Shown here in pieces: positions 32,644 to 43,076 of a stretch of DNA of 64,000 nt. The position numbers and the translations under genes are program-made. The first letter of the stretch is position 1. Each line of letters begins with the position of its first letter. The notes beneath the pieces are model-generated. The model was not told the DNA's origin. It did not search any database and saw only the letters and a list, made by a program, of their open reading frames with translations. Source of the stretch: an uncultured Solirubrobacteraceae bacterium (lineage in GTDB: Bacteria; Actinomycetota; Thermoleophilia; Solirubrobacterales; Solirubrobacteraceae); the NCBI GenBank assembly GCA_963843485.1, contig CAWJKK010000015.1, positions 213,128 through 277,127 of the forward strand. The letters run 5' to 3'.

Positions 32644-33496
32644 GTGGACGAGCGCGCCGCCTGGCTCGGCCGCCGCTCGATCAAGGCCGAGTCGCAGCTC
32701 GCGGCGATCCGGCTCGCGGTCTCGATGGTGGACCTGACGACGCTCGAGGGCCAGGACACGCCCGGCAAGGTCGCGCAGCTCGCGGCCAAGGCGGTCTGCC
32801 CCGCGCCCGGACATGCCCGAGATCCCGTCCTGCGCCGCGCTCTGCGTCTACCCGTTGCGCGTGCCCGACGCGCGCCGCGCGCTCGCCGGCAGCGGCGTCG
32901 CGGTCGCCGCCGTCGCCACCGGCTTCCCGTCCGGCCAGACGTCGATGGAGATCAAGCTGCAGGAGACGCGCGAGGCGGTCGCGGCCGGCGCCGACGAGAT
33001 CGACATGGTGATCCCGCGCGACGCCTACCTGGCCGGTGACGACGCGCGCGTCGTCGAGGAGGTCGAGCAGGTCAAGGCGGCCTGCGGGGCCGCCCACCTG
33101 AAGGTCATCGTCGAGGCCGACGAGCTCGGCGGCTACGACCACATCCGCCACGCGACGCTGCTCTCGATGGAGGGCGGCGCGGACTTCGTCAAGACGTCGA
33201 CGGGCAAGGTCGGCAAGGGCGCGACGCCCGGCGCCACGCTCGTGATGCTCGAGGCGGTGCGCGACTACGCCTGGCGCAGCGGCCGCGAGGTCGGCATGAA
33301 GGCGGCGGGCGGCATCCGCAACAGCAAGGGCGCGATCCACCAGCTCGTGCTCGTCAAGGAGACGCTCGGCGACGAGTGGCTGACCCCCGACCGCTTCCGG
33401 ATCGGCGCCTCGTCGCTGCTCAACGACCTGCTCATGCAGTACGAGCACGGGACCACCGGCCGCTACGCGCGGCCGGAGGACTTCAGCAAGGAGTGA
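32644..33496 (+). CDS. deoC: deoxyribose-phosphate aldolase (frame break near 32810)
   Basis: GTG at 32644. Contains MVDLTTLEG, VATGFPSGQ, DEIDMVI, DFVKTSTGK (Schiff-base Lys) and KAAGGIR. The long actinobacterial form. Confidence 0.85.
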
Positions 33497-33500
33497 CCTG

Positions 33501-34957
33501 ATGGCCGCCCCCACCCGCGCCGCCCTGGCCTGGGAGTACTCCCCGGCGCCCGAGAGCACCGACCACATCCGGCTGGCGGACCGCTACGAGCCTGTTCGTC
33601 GGCGGCGCCTTCAAGGAGGCCGAGGAGTACGCGCCGACGCTCAACCCGGCGACCGAGGAGCCGCTGGCCGAGATCGCCCAGGCGAGCGACGCCGACGTCG
33701 ACGCCGCGGTCGCCGCCGCCCGCGCCGCGCTGCCGCGCTGGCAGGCGCTGCCGGCGCTCGAGCGCGGCAAGTACGTCTTCCGGATCGCGCGCCTGATCCA
33801 GGAGCGCGCGCGCGAGCTGGCGATCGTCGAGACGCTCGACGGCGGCAAGCCGATCCGCGAGTCGCGCGACGTCGACGTCCCGCTCGCCGCCGCCCACTTC
33901 TTCTACTACGCCGGCTGGGCCGACAAGCTGCGCTACGGGCTCGCCGGCCGCCCCGCCGAGCCGATGGGCGTCGTCGGCCAGATCGTCCCGTGGAACTTCC
34001 CGCTGCTGATGGCGGCCTGGAAGCTCGCCCCGGCGCTCGCCTGCGGCAACACCGCCGTCCTCAAGCCGGCCGAGACGACGCCGCTGACCGCGCTGCTGCT
34101 GGCCGAGATCTGCCAGGAGGCCGAGCTGCCGGACGGCGTCGTGAACATCATCACCGGCGCCGGCGCGACCGGCGCGGCGCTCGTCCGCCACCCGGACATC
34201 GACAAGATCGCCTTCACCGGCTCGACCGAGGTCGGCAAGGACATCCAGGCGGCGCACCGCGGGCCGCGACGTCGGCCTCACGCTCGAGCTCGGCGGCAAG
34301 TCGGCCAACATCGTCTTCGACGACGCCGCGATCGACCAGGCCGTCGAGGGCATCGTCAACGGGATCTTCTTCAACCAGGGCCACGTCTGCTGCGCCGGCT
34401 CGCGGCTGCTGCTGCAGGAGAGCGTCGCCGAGGAGGTCATCGAGAAGCTGTGGCGGCGGATGCGGCTGCTGCGCCTCGGCGACCCGCTCGACAAGAACAC
34501 CGACGTCGGCGCGATCAACAGCGCCGCGCAGCTGCAGCGGATCGAGGCGCTGGTCGCCGCCGGCGAGCAGGAGGGCGCGACGCGCCGCACGGTGGCGTGC
34601 GACCTCCCCGACCGCGGCTTCTGGTTCGCCCCCACGCTGTTCACGGACGTCGCGCCCGCGCACCGGATCGCCGCCGAGGAGATCTTCGGCCCGGTCGTCT
34701 CGGTGCTCACGTTCCGCACGCAGGCCGAGGCGGTCGAGAAGGCCAACGCATCGGCCTACGGGCTCGCCGCCGGCGTCTGGACCGACAAGGGCTCGCGGGC
34801 GCTGGCCGTGGCGCGCGCGCTCAAGGCCGGCGTCGTGTGGCAGAACACGTACAACCAGTTCGACCCGACGTCGCCGTTCGGCGGCTACAAGGAGAGCGGC
34901 TTCGGCCGCGAGGGCGGCGCCGCCGGCCTGCGGCCCTACCTGCGGGTGACGCGATGA
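33501..34957 (+). CDS. NAD(P)-dependent aldehyde dehydrogenase (frame breaks near 33590 and 34260)
   Basis: Contains IVPWNFPLLMAAWKLAPALACGNTAVLKPAE, LELGGKSA, GHVCCAGSRLL (catalytic Cys) and EEIFGPV. The pieces are in ORFs 33501, 33964 and 34460. Confidence 0.85.
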
Positions 34958-35808
34958 GCCGCGTGCCCGTCGCCAAGACGTACAAGCTCTACATCGGCGG
35001 CGCGTTCGCGCGCAGCGAGTCGGGCCGTCACCTGGCGGTCACCGACCACGCCGGCGCCGAGGTCGCGAACGTGCCGCGCGCGAGCCGCAAGGACGTGCGC
35101 GACGCCGTCCGCGCGGCCCGCGGCGCGCTGCCGGGCTGGCAGGGCCGGACCGCGTACAACCGCGGCCAGATCCTCTACCGCCTGGGCGAGGCGCTCGAGT
35201 CGCGCGCCGGCGAGCTGGCGGCGGACACCGCGCGGCTGCGCGGCATCGGCGAGGCCGCGGCGCGCGCCGAGATCGACGCGGCCGTGGACAGCGCCGTGCA
35301 CTTCGCGGGCTGGACGGACAAGCTGCACGCGGTGCTCGGCACGGTCAACCCCGTCGCCGCCCCGCACTTCGGCTTCTCGATGCCCGAGCCGAGCGGCGTC
35401 GTCGGCGTGATCGCGCCCGACGAGCCGGACGTGCTCGGCCTCGTGGCCGAGATCCTGCCGCCGCTGGCCGCCGGCAACGTCGTCGTCGCGCTCGTCTCCG
35501 AGCGCCATCCGCTGCTCTCGCTGCACCTCGGCGAGGTGCTCGGCGTGGCCGACTTCCCCGCCGGCGTGGTGAACCTGCTGTCCGGCCTGCGCTCCGAGCT
35601 GGTGGCGCCGCTCGCCGGGCACCGCGACGTCGACGGGATCGTCGACACGACCCGCGATCCCGAGGTCGTGCGGCTGGCGGCGGGCAGCGTCACGCGCGTC
35701 GCGCAGCCCGCGGAGCGCGACTACCTCGACGTCGCAGGGCTCGACGGGCTGACCCGGATCGAGCCGTTCGTCGAGCTCAAGACCGCCTGGCATCCCGTCG
35801 GGACGTGA
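34954..35808 (+). CDS. aldehyde dehydrogenase family protein, short form (284 aa)
   Basis: ATG at 34954 (ATGA overlap) in the frame of ORF 33964..35808. Starts KLYIGGAFARSESG... with ALDH-like N-terminal and cofactor domains. No obvious catalytic Cys region. Confidence 0.7.
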   Translation: MSRVPVAKTYKLYIGGAFARSESGRHLAVTDHAGAEVANVPRASRKDVRDAVRAARGALPGWQGRTAYNRGQILYRLGEALESRAGELAADTARLRGIGEAAARAEIDAAVDSAVHFAGWTDKLHAVLGTVNPVAAPHFGFSMPEPSGVVGVIAPDEPDVLGLVAEILPPLAAGNVVVALVSERHPLLSLHLGEVLGVADFPAGVVNLLSGLRSELVAPLAGHRDVDGIVDTTRDPEVVRLAAGSVTRVAQPAERDYLDVAGLDGLTRIEPFVELKTAWHPVGT

Positions 35809-36989
35809 CCGCGCTCGTCCTGCGCGGCGGCCGGCCCTGGGGCCACGCGGACGCGGCCGACGTGCTCGTGCGCGACGGGCGCATCGAGGCGATCGAGCCG
35901 GGCATCGAGGCGCCGGGCGCGGACGCGCTCGACGTCACCGGCCGGCTCGTGCTGCCCGGCCTCGTCGACGCCCACACGCACCTCGACAAGACGCTGTTCG
36001 GCGGCCCGTGGGTGCCGCACTCGGCCGGCGACGCGCTCGCCGACCGCGTCGCCAACGAGCGCGCCCGCCGCTTCGAGCTCGGCCTCCCGAACGCCGACAA
36101 CGTGACCGCGCTGCTCGAGCGGATGGTCGCCTGCGGCACCACGCACGTGCGCAGCCACACCGACGTCGACCCGGAGGTCGGCCTGCGCGGCGTCGAAGCG
36201 GTCCGCGAGGCCGTCGAGCGGCTCGACGGCCGCGTGGACGTGCAGCAGGTCGCGTTCCCGCAGAGCGGCGTGATCGCCAGCCCGGGCACCGAGGAGCTGC
36301 TCGACGCGGCGCTCGCGAGCGGCGTCGAGGCGATCGGCGGCATCGACCCGGCGGGCGTCGACCGCGACCCGGTGCGGCACCTCGACGTCGTCTTCGGCCT
36401 CGCCGCGCGGCACGCGGCCCGCATCGACCTGCACCTGCACGACCTCGGCGCGCTCGGCGCCTGGGAGCTCGAGCTGATCGCCGAGCGGACGGTCGCCGGC
36501 GGGCTGCAGGGGCGCGTCACGGTCAGCCACGCCTACGGCTTCGCGCAGGTCGACGCGGCCCACCAGGAGCGGCTGATCGACCAGCTCGCCGAGGCCGGGG
36601 TGACGATCCTGACCGCCGCCGTCTACAGCTTCCCGGTGCCGCCGGTCAAGCGCCTGCGGGCCAAGGGCGTGAACGTCGCCTGCGGGCACGACGGGATCTG
36701 CGACCTCTGGGGCCCGTACGGCAGCGGCGACATGCTCGAGCGCGCGATGCACCTCGCCTACCGCAGCACGTTCCGGCGCGACGAGGACATCGCGCTGGCG
36801 CTGGAGGCGGCGACCTACGGCGGTGCCCGCGCGCTCGGCCTCGAGCGCTACGGGCTCGAGCCCGGCGCGCCGGCCGACCTCGTCGTGGTCGCCGCGCGCA
36901 CGCCGGCCGAGGCGGTCGTCACGCGGCCGCCGCGCGAGCTGGTGCTGAAGGCCGGGCGCGTCGTCGCACGCGCCGGTGCGCTCGTGTGA
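35805..36989 (+). CDS. amidohydrolase (cytosine deaminase-like)
   Basis: Intact 394-aa ORF with LPGLVDAHTHLDK, HLH, SHAYG and the DLWGPYGSGDML pattern of the metal-dependent hydrolase superfamily. Confidence 0.85.
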   Translation: MTALVLRGGRPWGHADAADVLVRDGRIEAIEPGIEAPGADALDVTGRLVLPGLVDAHTHLDKTLFGGPWVPHSAGDALADRVANERARRFELGLPNADNVTALLERMVACGTTHVRSHTDVDPEVGLRGVEAVREAVERLDGRVDVQQVAFPQSGVIASPGTEELLDAALASGVEAIGGIDPAGVDRDPVRHLDVVFGLAARHAARIDLHLHDLGALGAWELELIAERTVAGGLQGRVTVSHAYGFAQVDAAHQERLIDQLAEAGVTILTAAVYSFPVPPVKRLRAKGVNVACGHDGICDLWGPYGSGDMLERAMHLAYRSTFRRDEDIALALEAATYGGARALGLERYGLEPGAPADLVVVAARTPAEAVVTRPPRELVLKAGRVVARAGALV

Positions 36990-37024
36990 CCCGCGCGCAC
37001 CCCGGGCGGCGATATGTTCCGCAG

Positions 37025-38657
37025 ATGGTCTCCCGCCGGCAGTTCCTCGCCCGCTCCGGCACCGCCGGCGCCGCCCTCGTCGTCGCCCCGCAGACCGCGC
37101 TCGAGGCGTTCGCCGCCCCGCGCGGCGCCGCCGCCAGGCTGCTGCGCGGCGGACGCTTCCGCCAGGGCGTGCTGTCGGGCGACCCGTCGCCGCGCGGCGC
37201 GACGCTGCTGACGATCGTCGACGACGTCTCGGGCGCCGGCTCGGTCCGCCTCGAGGTGGCGCGCGACCGCGGGTTCCGCAACGTCGTGGCGCGCCGGACG
37301 ATCGCCACGAGCGGCCGCCGCGGCCACTCGGTCAAGGCCCGCGTCGGCGGCCTGCGGCCGGACGAGCGCTACTTCTACCGCTTCGAGACGCGCGACGAGC
37401 AGAGCCCGGTCGGCCGCTTCCAGACCGCCCTGCCGGCCGACTCGAACCGGCCGGTGAACTTCGCGTTCTTCTCCTGCGCCGAGTACACGCACGGGCTACT
37501 ACAACGCGCTACGCGCTGATGGCGGACGACGACCTCGACTTCGTCGTCTGCCTCGGCGACTACATGTACTCCGAGGCGTACCACTCGCGCGCCGGCGGCA
37601 CGGGCGTGCGCGACGACCGCGTCGGCCGCGACCCGGCACCCGGGAACACGGCGATCGTGCGCGAGGCCGTCTCGCTGCAGGACTACCGCGCCAAGTACGC
37701 GCTCTACCGCTCCGACAAGCGCCTGCGCGCGCTGCACGCGAAGTTCCCGATGGTCGCCGTCTGGGACGACCACGAGGTGCAGGACAACTACGCGGGCGAG
37801 GCGCCCGGCGGCGGGCTGGACCCGGCCAAGCGCTTCAGCTCCTCGCGCCGCCGCAACGCGCAGAAGGCGTACTTCGAGGCGATGCCGTACTTCCCGGCCG
37901 GCGACAGCCGCATCTACCGCGCGCAGCCGCACGGCCGCACGGTCGACCTGATCATGCTCGACCAGCGCCAGTACCGCGCCGACCAGCCGTGCGGCGACGC
38001 GATCGCCGCCGCCGTGCGCCGACTGGCAGCAGCCGCGGCCGTTCCTCGGCCGCCGCCAGATGAACTGGCTCAAGCGCCGGCTGGCGACCTCGCGCGCGAC
38101 CTGGAAGGTCGTCGGCTCGCAGACGATGATGATGCCGGCGCGGGTGCTCGGCGGCGCCTTCTACCAGTTCGACTCCTGGCAGGGCTACCCGACCGAGCGC
38201 GAGGAGCTGCTGCAGCACATCGGCACGCGCGGGATCGACGACGTCGTGTTCCTCACCGGCGACATCCACCTGTTCGTCGCCGGCGACGTGCGCACGAACA
38301 TGGGCGACGGCGAGAGCGTCGCGGTCGAGTTCGTCGGCGGCTCGGTGACGTCGACCAACTTCGGCGAGATGGACCTCAACGCCGGCGGCGGCGTCGTGAT
38401 CCAGGGCAACGACGCGAACCCGCGCACCGACCCGGGGATCGTCGAGGCGCTGCGCGGCATCAACCCGTGGGTCGACCAGGCCGACCTCGACCACCACGGC
38501 TACGGCCTCGTGCGCGCGTCGCGCTCGTCGTTCGACGTGCACGCTGCGGCGGCTGGAGACGATCAAGCGCCGCTCGCTGCGCGAGCTGCCCACCTCCGGC
38601 TACCGCTATCGCGTGGCGCGCGGCCAGAAGTCGATCAAGGGCGCGAGCATCACGTGA
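37025..38657 (+). CDS. phoD: alkaline phosphatase D family protein with Tat signal (3-4 frame breaks)
   Basis: Contains MVSRRQFLARSGTAGAAL, GVLSGDPSP, FAFFSCAEY, CLGDYMYSE, VAVWDDHEV and FLTGDIH. Ends ...GQKSIKGASIT with TGA at 38655-38657. Confidence 0.8.
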
Positions 38658-38846
38658 ACCGCCGGCCCCGCCTCGGAGCTGCGCGGCACGAGCGCGACGC
38701 CCGAGGAGGCGGCCGCCGTGATGGCCGCGGTCGAGCAGTACCTGCGCGACACGACGCCGCCGCCGGCGCCCGCCGAGGAGCGGCCGTGCGCCGTGGGTGC
38801 GGCGGCGCTGCGCGAGGGCGTGGACCGCATCTCCCAACTGGGGTAA
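38653..38846 (+). CDS. small Ala/Pro-rich protein, about 63 aa (start inferred; one extra A near 38656-38657 breaks GTG-start continuity)
   Basis: The frame following the phoD TGA has about 97 percent G/C at third positions: TAGPASELRGTSATPEEAAAVMAAVEQYLRDTTPPPAPAEERP...ISQLG, ending with TAA at 38844-38846. A GTGA overlap with phoD would be restored by deleting one A. Confidence 0.4.
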
Positions 38847-38884
38847 ATACTCGAATTCCGACAGGGATTTGCTACTTTGGCCGG

Positions 38885-40703
38885 ATGGAGCCTTCGACCA
38901 CGCGCTGGGCGGAAGGGGACGCTGGAGAACCCCGAGGTCCGCGAGGACGTCCCCGGCCACGTCATCCCGATCCTGCAGCGCGAGTTCGACGACTTCGACA
39001 ACGAGGCCGAGAAGTTCCTCGCCGGCGACACGCCCGAGGACCAGTTCATCGGCTTCCGGCTGAAGCAGGGCGTCTACGGCCAGCGCCAGGCCGACGTCCA
39101 GATGATCCGGGTCAAGCTGCCCGTTCGGCGGCATCACGCCGGAGCAGATGGACACGTTCGCCGACGTCGTCGAGAAGTACGCGCCGCTCGACAAGGCGCA
39201 CATCACGACGCGCCAGAACATCCAGATCCACCACGTCCCGCTGCGCGACGCGGCGGCGCTGATCCGCGAGATCTCCGACGCCGGGCTCTCCAGCCGCGAG
39301 GGCTGCGGCAACACCGTCCGCAACGTGACCGCCGACCCGTGGGCCGGCGTCTGCCACGACGAGCTGTTCGACCCGACGCCGTACGTCGGCGCGTACGTGC
39401 GCTACTTCGTGCGCCACCCCACGACGCAGCTGATGCCGCGCAAGGTCAAGACCGCGTTCACCGGCTCGGACACCGACCGCGCGCTGACCGGCATCCACGA
39501 CATCGCGTTCATCGCCCGCGAGCGCGACGGCGTCAAGGGCTTCGAGATCCGCGATCGGCGGCGGCACGTCGATCATGCCGCGGATCGCGCCGACGCTGAT
39601 CGACTTCGTGACGCGCCGACGACGGCGAGTACCTCAAGTACGCCGAGGCCGTCTTCCGGATCTTCGACCGCCAGGACTGGCTGCGCGTGAACCGCGCCCG
39701 CGCGCGCATCAAGGTGCTGGTCGACAAGATCGGCATCGAGGCGATGCGCGAGCTGGTCGAGGAGGAGCTGCAGGGCGACTGGGTCGCCGAGCGCGACTTC
39801 TCGGTCGACCACCGGCTGTTCCTGCACGACGAGGAGGCCGACGCGCCCGGCCCGGCCGGCGGCCGCCGGCTCGCCGAACGGCGACCTCACCGAGTTCCGC
39901 CGCTTCCGCGACGCGAACGTCGAGGCGCAGCGCCAGGAGGGCTTCTCGGCCGTCCAGGTCCACGTCCCGCGCGGCGACCTCACGCCGGCGCAGTTCCGCG
40001 GGCTCGGCCAGATCATGCGCGACTTCTCGGGCGGCTACGCGCGCACGACCGTGCACCAGAACCTGCTGCTGCGCTGGGTCCGCGACGAGGCGGTCTACGA
40101 CGTCTGGCGCGCGCTCTCCGAGCTCGGCCTCGGCGGCTTCGGCGCCGACCAGATCAACGACGTCGTGTCGTGCCCCGGCACCGACTCCTGCAAGCTCGGC
40201 ATCACGTCCTCGATGGGGCTCAACCGCGCGGTCGTCGGAGCGGATCGAGACGATGGGGATCACCGACCCGCTGACGCGCGGGATCCACATCAAGATGTCC
40301 GGCTGCCCGAACGGCTGCAGCCAGCACCACATCGGCAACATCGGGTTCTACGGCGCGTCGATCAAGGTCGGCGAGCACACGATCCCCGCCTACGTCGCCC
40401 ACATCGGCGGCAACTACGAGGGCGGCGAGATCGTGTACGGCACGCGCCTGAAGGTCCGCCTGCCCGCCAAGCGCGTGCCCGACGCGGTCGAGCGCTGGCT
40501 GCGCAAGTACGAGGCCGAGCGCGAGGACGGCGAGGGGTTCAACGCCTACGCCGCGCGCGTCGGCACCACGGAGTTCGAGGACGCGGTCCGCGACCTCGCC
40601 ATGCCGGTCGAGTTCGGCCTGGAGACGATGAACGAGTTCATCGACTGGAACCGCGAAGGTCCCGTTCGAGGTCATCCGCGGCGAGGGCGAGTGCGCGGTC
40701 TGA
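38885..40703 (+). CDS. ferredoxin-type sulfite/nitrite reductase hemoprotein (at least 6 frame breaks)
   Basis: Contains FRLKQGVYGQRQ, TTRQNIQIHHV, SREGCGNTVRNVT, CPGTDSCKLG and SGCPNGCSQHHIGNIGF (siroheme/4Fe-4S Cys cluster). Ends EVIRGEGECAV with TGA at 40701-40703. Confidence 0.8.
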
Positions 40704-41574
40704 TGGACCACCTCGAGCAGCTCGAAGCCGAAGCCGATACACGTCATCCGCGAGGTCGCCGCCGAGCTCGAGCGGCCCGTGCTGCTGTTCAGCGGCGGCA
40801 AGGACTCGATCGTGCTCCTGCACCTGGCGCGCAAGGCGTTCCGGCCGGGCGAGGTCCCGTTCCCGGTCATGCACGTCGACACCGGGCACAACTTCCCCGA
40901 GGTCATCCGCTTCCGCGACCGCCACGTGCCCGACGCGATCGTCGCCTCCGTGCAGGAGTCGATCGAGCGCGGCCGCGTGCAGGACGCGCCGTCGCGCAAC
41001 CAGCTGCAGACGACGACGCTGCTCGACGCGATCGAGCACCATCGCTTCGACGCCGCGTTCGGCGGCGCGCGCCGCGACGAGGAGCGCGCCCGCGCGAAGG
41101 AGCGCGTGTTCTCGTTCCGCGACGACTTCGGCCAGTGGGACCCGCGGCGCCAGCGGCCCGAGCTGTGGGACCTCTACAACGGCCGCGTCCGCCCGGGCGA
41201 GCACGTGCGCGTGTTCCCGCTCTCGAACTGGACCGAGCTCGACGTCTGGGACTACATCCGCGAGGAGGAGCTCGAGATCCCGCCGATCTACTTCGCCCAC
41301 GAGCGCGAGGTGTTCGAGCGCGACGGCATGCTCTACGCCGTCTCGGAGTTCCTGCCGCAGCGGCGACGACGAGCCGCCGTTCCGCGCGTCCGTCCGCTAC
41401 CGCACGGTCGGCGACATGACGTGCACCGGCGCCGTCCGCTCCGAGGCCGCCGAGCTCGACGACGTGATCGCCGAGATCGCCGCCACGCGCATCACCGAGC
41501 GCGGCGAGACGCGCGCCGACGACCGCGTCAGCGAGGCCGCCATGGAAGACCGCAAGCGCGTGGGGTACTTCTAG
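40703..41574 (+). CDS. cysD: sulfate adenylyltransferase subunit 2 (frame breaks near 40736 and 41360)
   Basis: MDHLEQLEAEA then IHVIREVAAE...LLFSGGKDSIVLLHLA (PP-loop), HVDTGHNFPE, FGGARRDEE and C-terminal VRYRTVGDMTCTGAV...KRVGYF. Confidence 0.85.
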
Positions 41575-42754
41575 TGCTGCGCGTCGCCACCGCCGGCTCG
41601 GTCGACGACGGCAAGTCGACGCTGATCGGCCGCCTGCTGCACGACTCGAAGTCGCTGATGGCCGACGAGCTCGGCACCGCCGCCGACCTCGCGCGGCTGA
41701 CCGACGGGCTGCGCGCCGAGCGCGAGCAGGGCATCACGATCGACGTCGCCTACCGCCACTTCGCCACGCCGACCCGCCGCTTCGTGCTGCACGACTGCCC
41801 CGGGCACGCGCAGTACACGCGCAACATGGCCACGGGCGCCTCGACCGCCGACCTCGCGCTCGTGCTCGTCGACGCGCGGCGCGGGATGACCGAGCAGTCG
41901 CGCCGCCACCTGGCGATCGCCGCGCTGCTCGGCGTGCCGGGCGTGACCGTGCTCGTCAACAAGATGGACCTCGCGGGCTACGCCGAGGAGCGCTTCGACG
42001 CGGTCGTGCGCGAGGTGATCGACTGGTCCGCCCAGCTCGGCCTGCACGGCGTCGCCTTCATCCCGGTCTCGGCGCTGCACGGCGACAACGTGGTCGAGCG
42101 GTCCGAGGCGATGCCGTGGTACGCCGGCGAGTCGCTGCTCGAGCACCTCGAGGCGGTCCCGGCCGGGGTCGCGGCCGCCGACGGCCCCGCGCGGCTCCCG
42201 GTCCAGTACGTGATCCGCGCCGCGGGCCGCCGCTGGTACGCCGGCCGCCTCGCCGCCGGCACGCTGCAGGTCGGCGACGAGGTCGTCGTGCTGCCCTCGG
42301 GCACGCGCAGCCGCGTCGCCGCGTTCGAGGACGGCCGCGAGCAGGCCGCCGCGCCGCGCTCGGTCGCGGTCGCGCTCGCCGACGAGCTCGACGCCGGCCG
42401 CGGCGACGCTCCTCGCCCACGCCGACGGCGCGCCGGAGCCCGTGCGCGAGCTGACGGCGACGGTCTTCTGGCTCGGCGACGAGCCGGCCCGCCCGGGCGC
42501 GCGCTACCTCGTCAAGCACACGACCCGCGCGGTGCCCGGCCAAGCTCGAGGCGATCGAGCACCGGCTCGACGTGACGACGCTGGCCGAGGATCCCGCGCA
42601 CGAGCTCGAGCTGAACGCGATCGGCCGCGTGCGGCTGCGGCTCGGCTCGCCGCTCGTGCCCGACCCGTACGACCGCGTCCGCGCCACCGGCGCGTTCATC
42701 CTCGTCGACGAGGCCACGAACGACACCGTCGGCGCCGGAATGGTCGCCGGCTGA
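41574..42754 (+). CDS. cysN: sulfate adenylyltransferase subunit 1, GTPase, without fused APS kinase domain (frame breaks near 42410 and 42540)
   Basis: GTG at 41574 overlaps the cysD TAG. Contains GSVDDGKSTLIGRLL (G1), DCPGHAQY (G3) and NKMDL (G4). The C-terminus FILVDEATNDTVGAGMV is in ORF 42572..42754. Confidence 0.85.
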
Positions 42755-42791
42755 CGATCGCGGCGCTATCTTGGTCCGGCTCGGAGCGCGG

Positions 42792-43076
42792 ATGCCGGGA
42801 TTCCAGGTGAACACGGACGAGCTCGCCGCGGGCGGCGGGCAGCAGGGCGTAGTCGCCGCCGCGGTCGGCAGCACCGCCGGGCTGGTCCGCGCCGCCGGGT
42901 CCGCGATCTCTGAGGGCGCCGGCCACTCGGGCGCCTCCGCCGCCGGCGAGGCCTGGGGCGGCGCCTGGCAGGCCGAGCTGGCCGCGCGCGCCGAGGTGCT
43001 GCGCCGCGCCGCCGCGAACCTGAACGCGGCCGCCGAGGCCTACCGCGAGACCGACGACGGGCAGATGCGCGGGTGA
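42792..43076 (+). CDS. WXG100/EspC-like small helical protein (94 aa)
   Basis: ATG at 42792 lies within ORF 42771..43076. It has a central W-G-G motif (GEAWGGAW) and a C-terminal AAEAYRETDDG, typical of ESX-type small secreted proteins. Its stop overlaps the next start (GTGA). Confidence 0.6.
   Translation: MPGFQVNTDELAAGGGQQGVVAAAVGSTAGLVRAAGSAISEGAGHSGASAAGEAWGGAWQAELAARAEVLRRAAANLNAAAEAYRETDDGQMRG

Noticed and set aside
33964-35808. 614-aa plus-strand ORF spanning two genes
   Set aside because: It is a chimera. Residues 1-100 are the true middle of the first aldehyde dehydrogenase and the last 284 aa are the second ALDH-like gene (ATG 34954). The segment between them is out-of-frame read-through.
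38655-38657. phoD TGA as a possible selenocysteine codon, given selA/selB in the window and coding bias continuing in frame
   Set aside because: No SECIS-like hairpin follows within about 10-30 nt. PhoD family proteins end at about this point. A GTGA-coupled separate small gene with a 1-nt error explains the data more simply.
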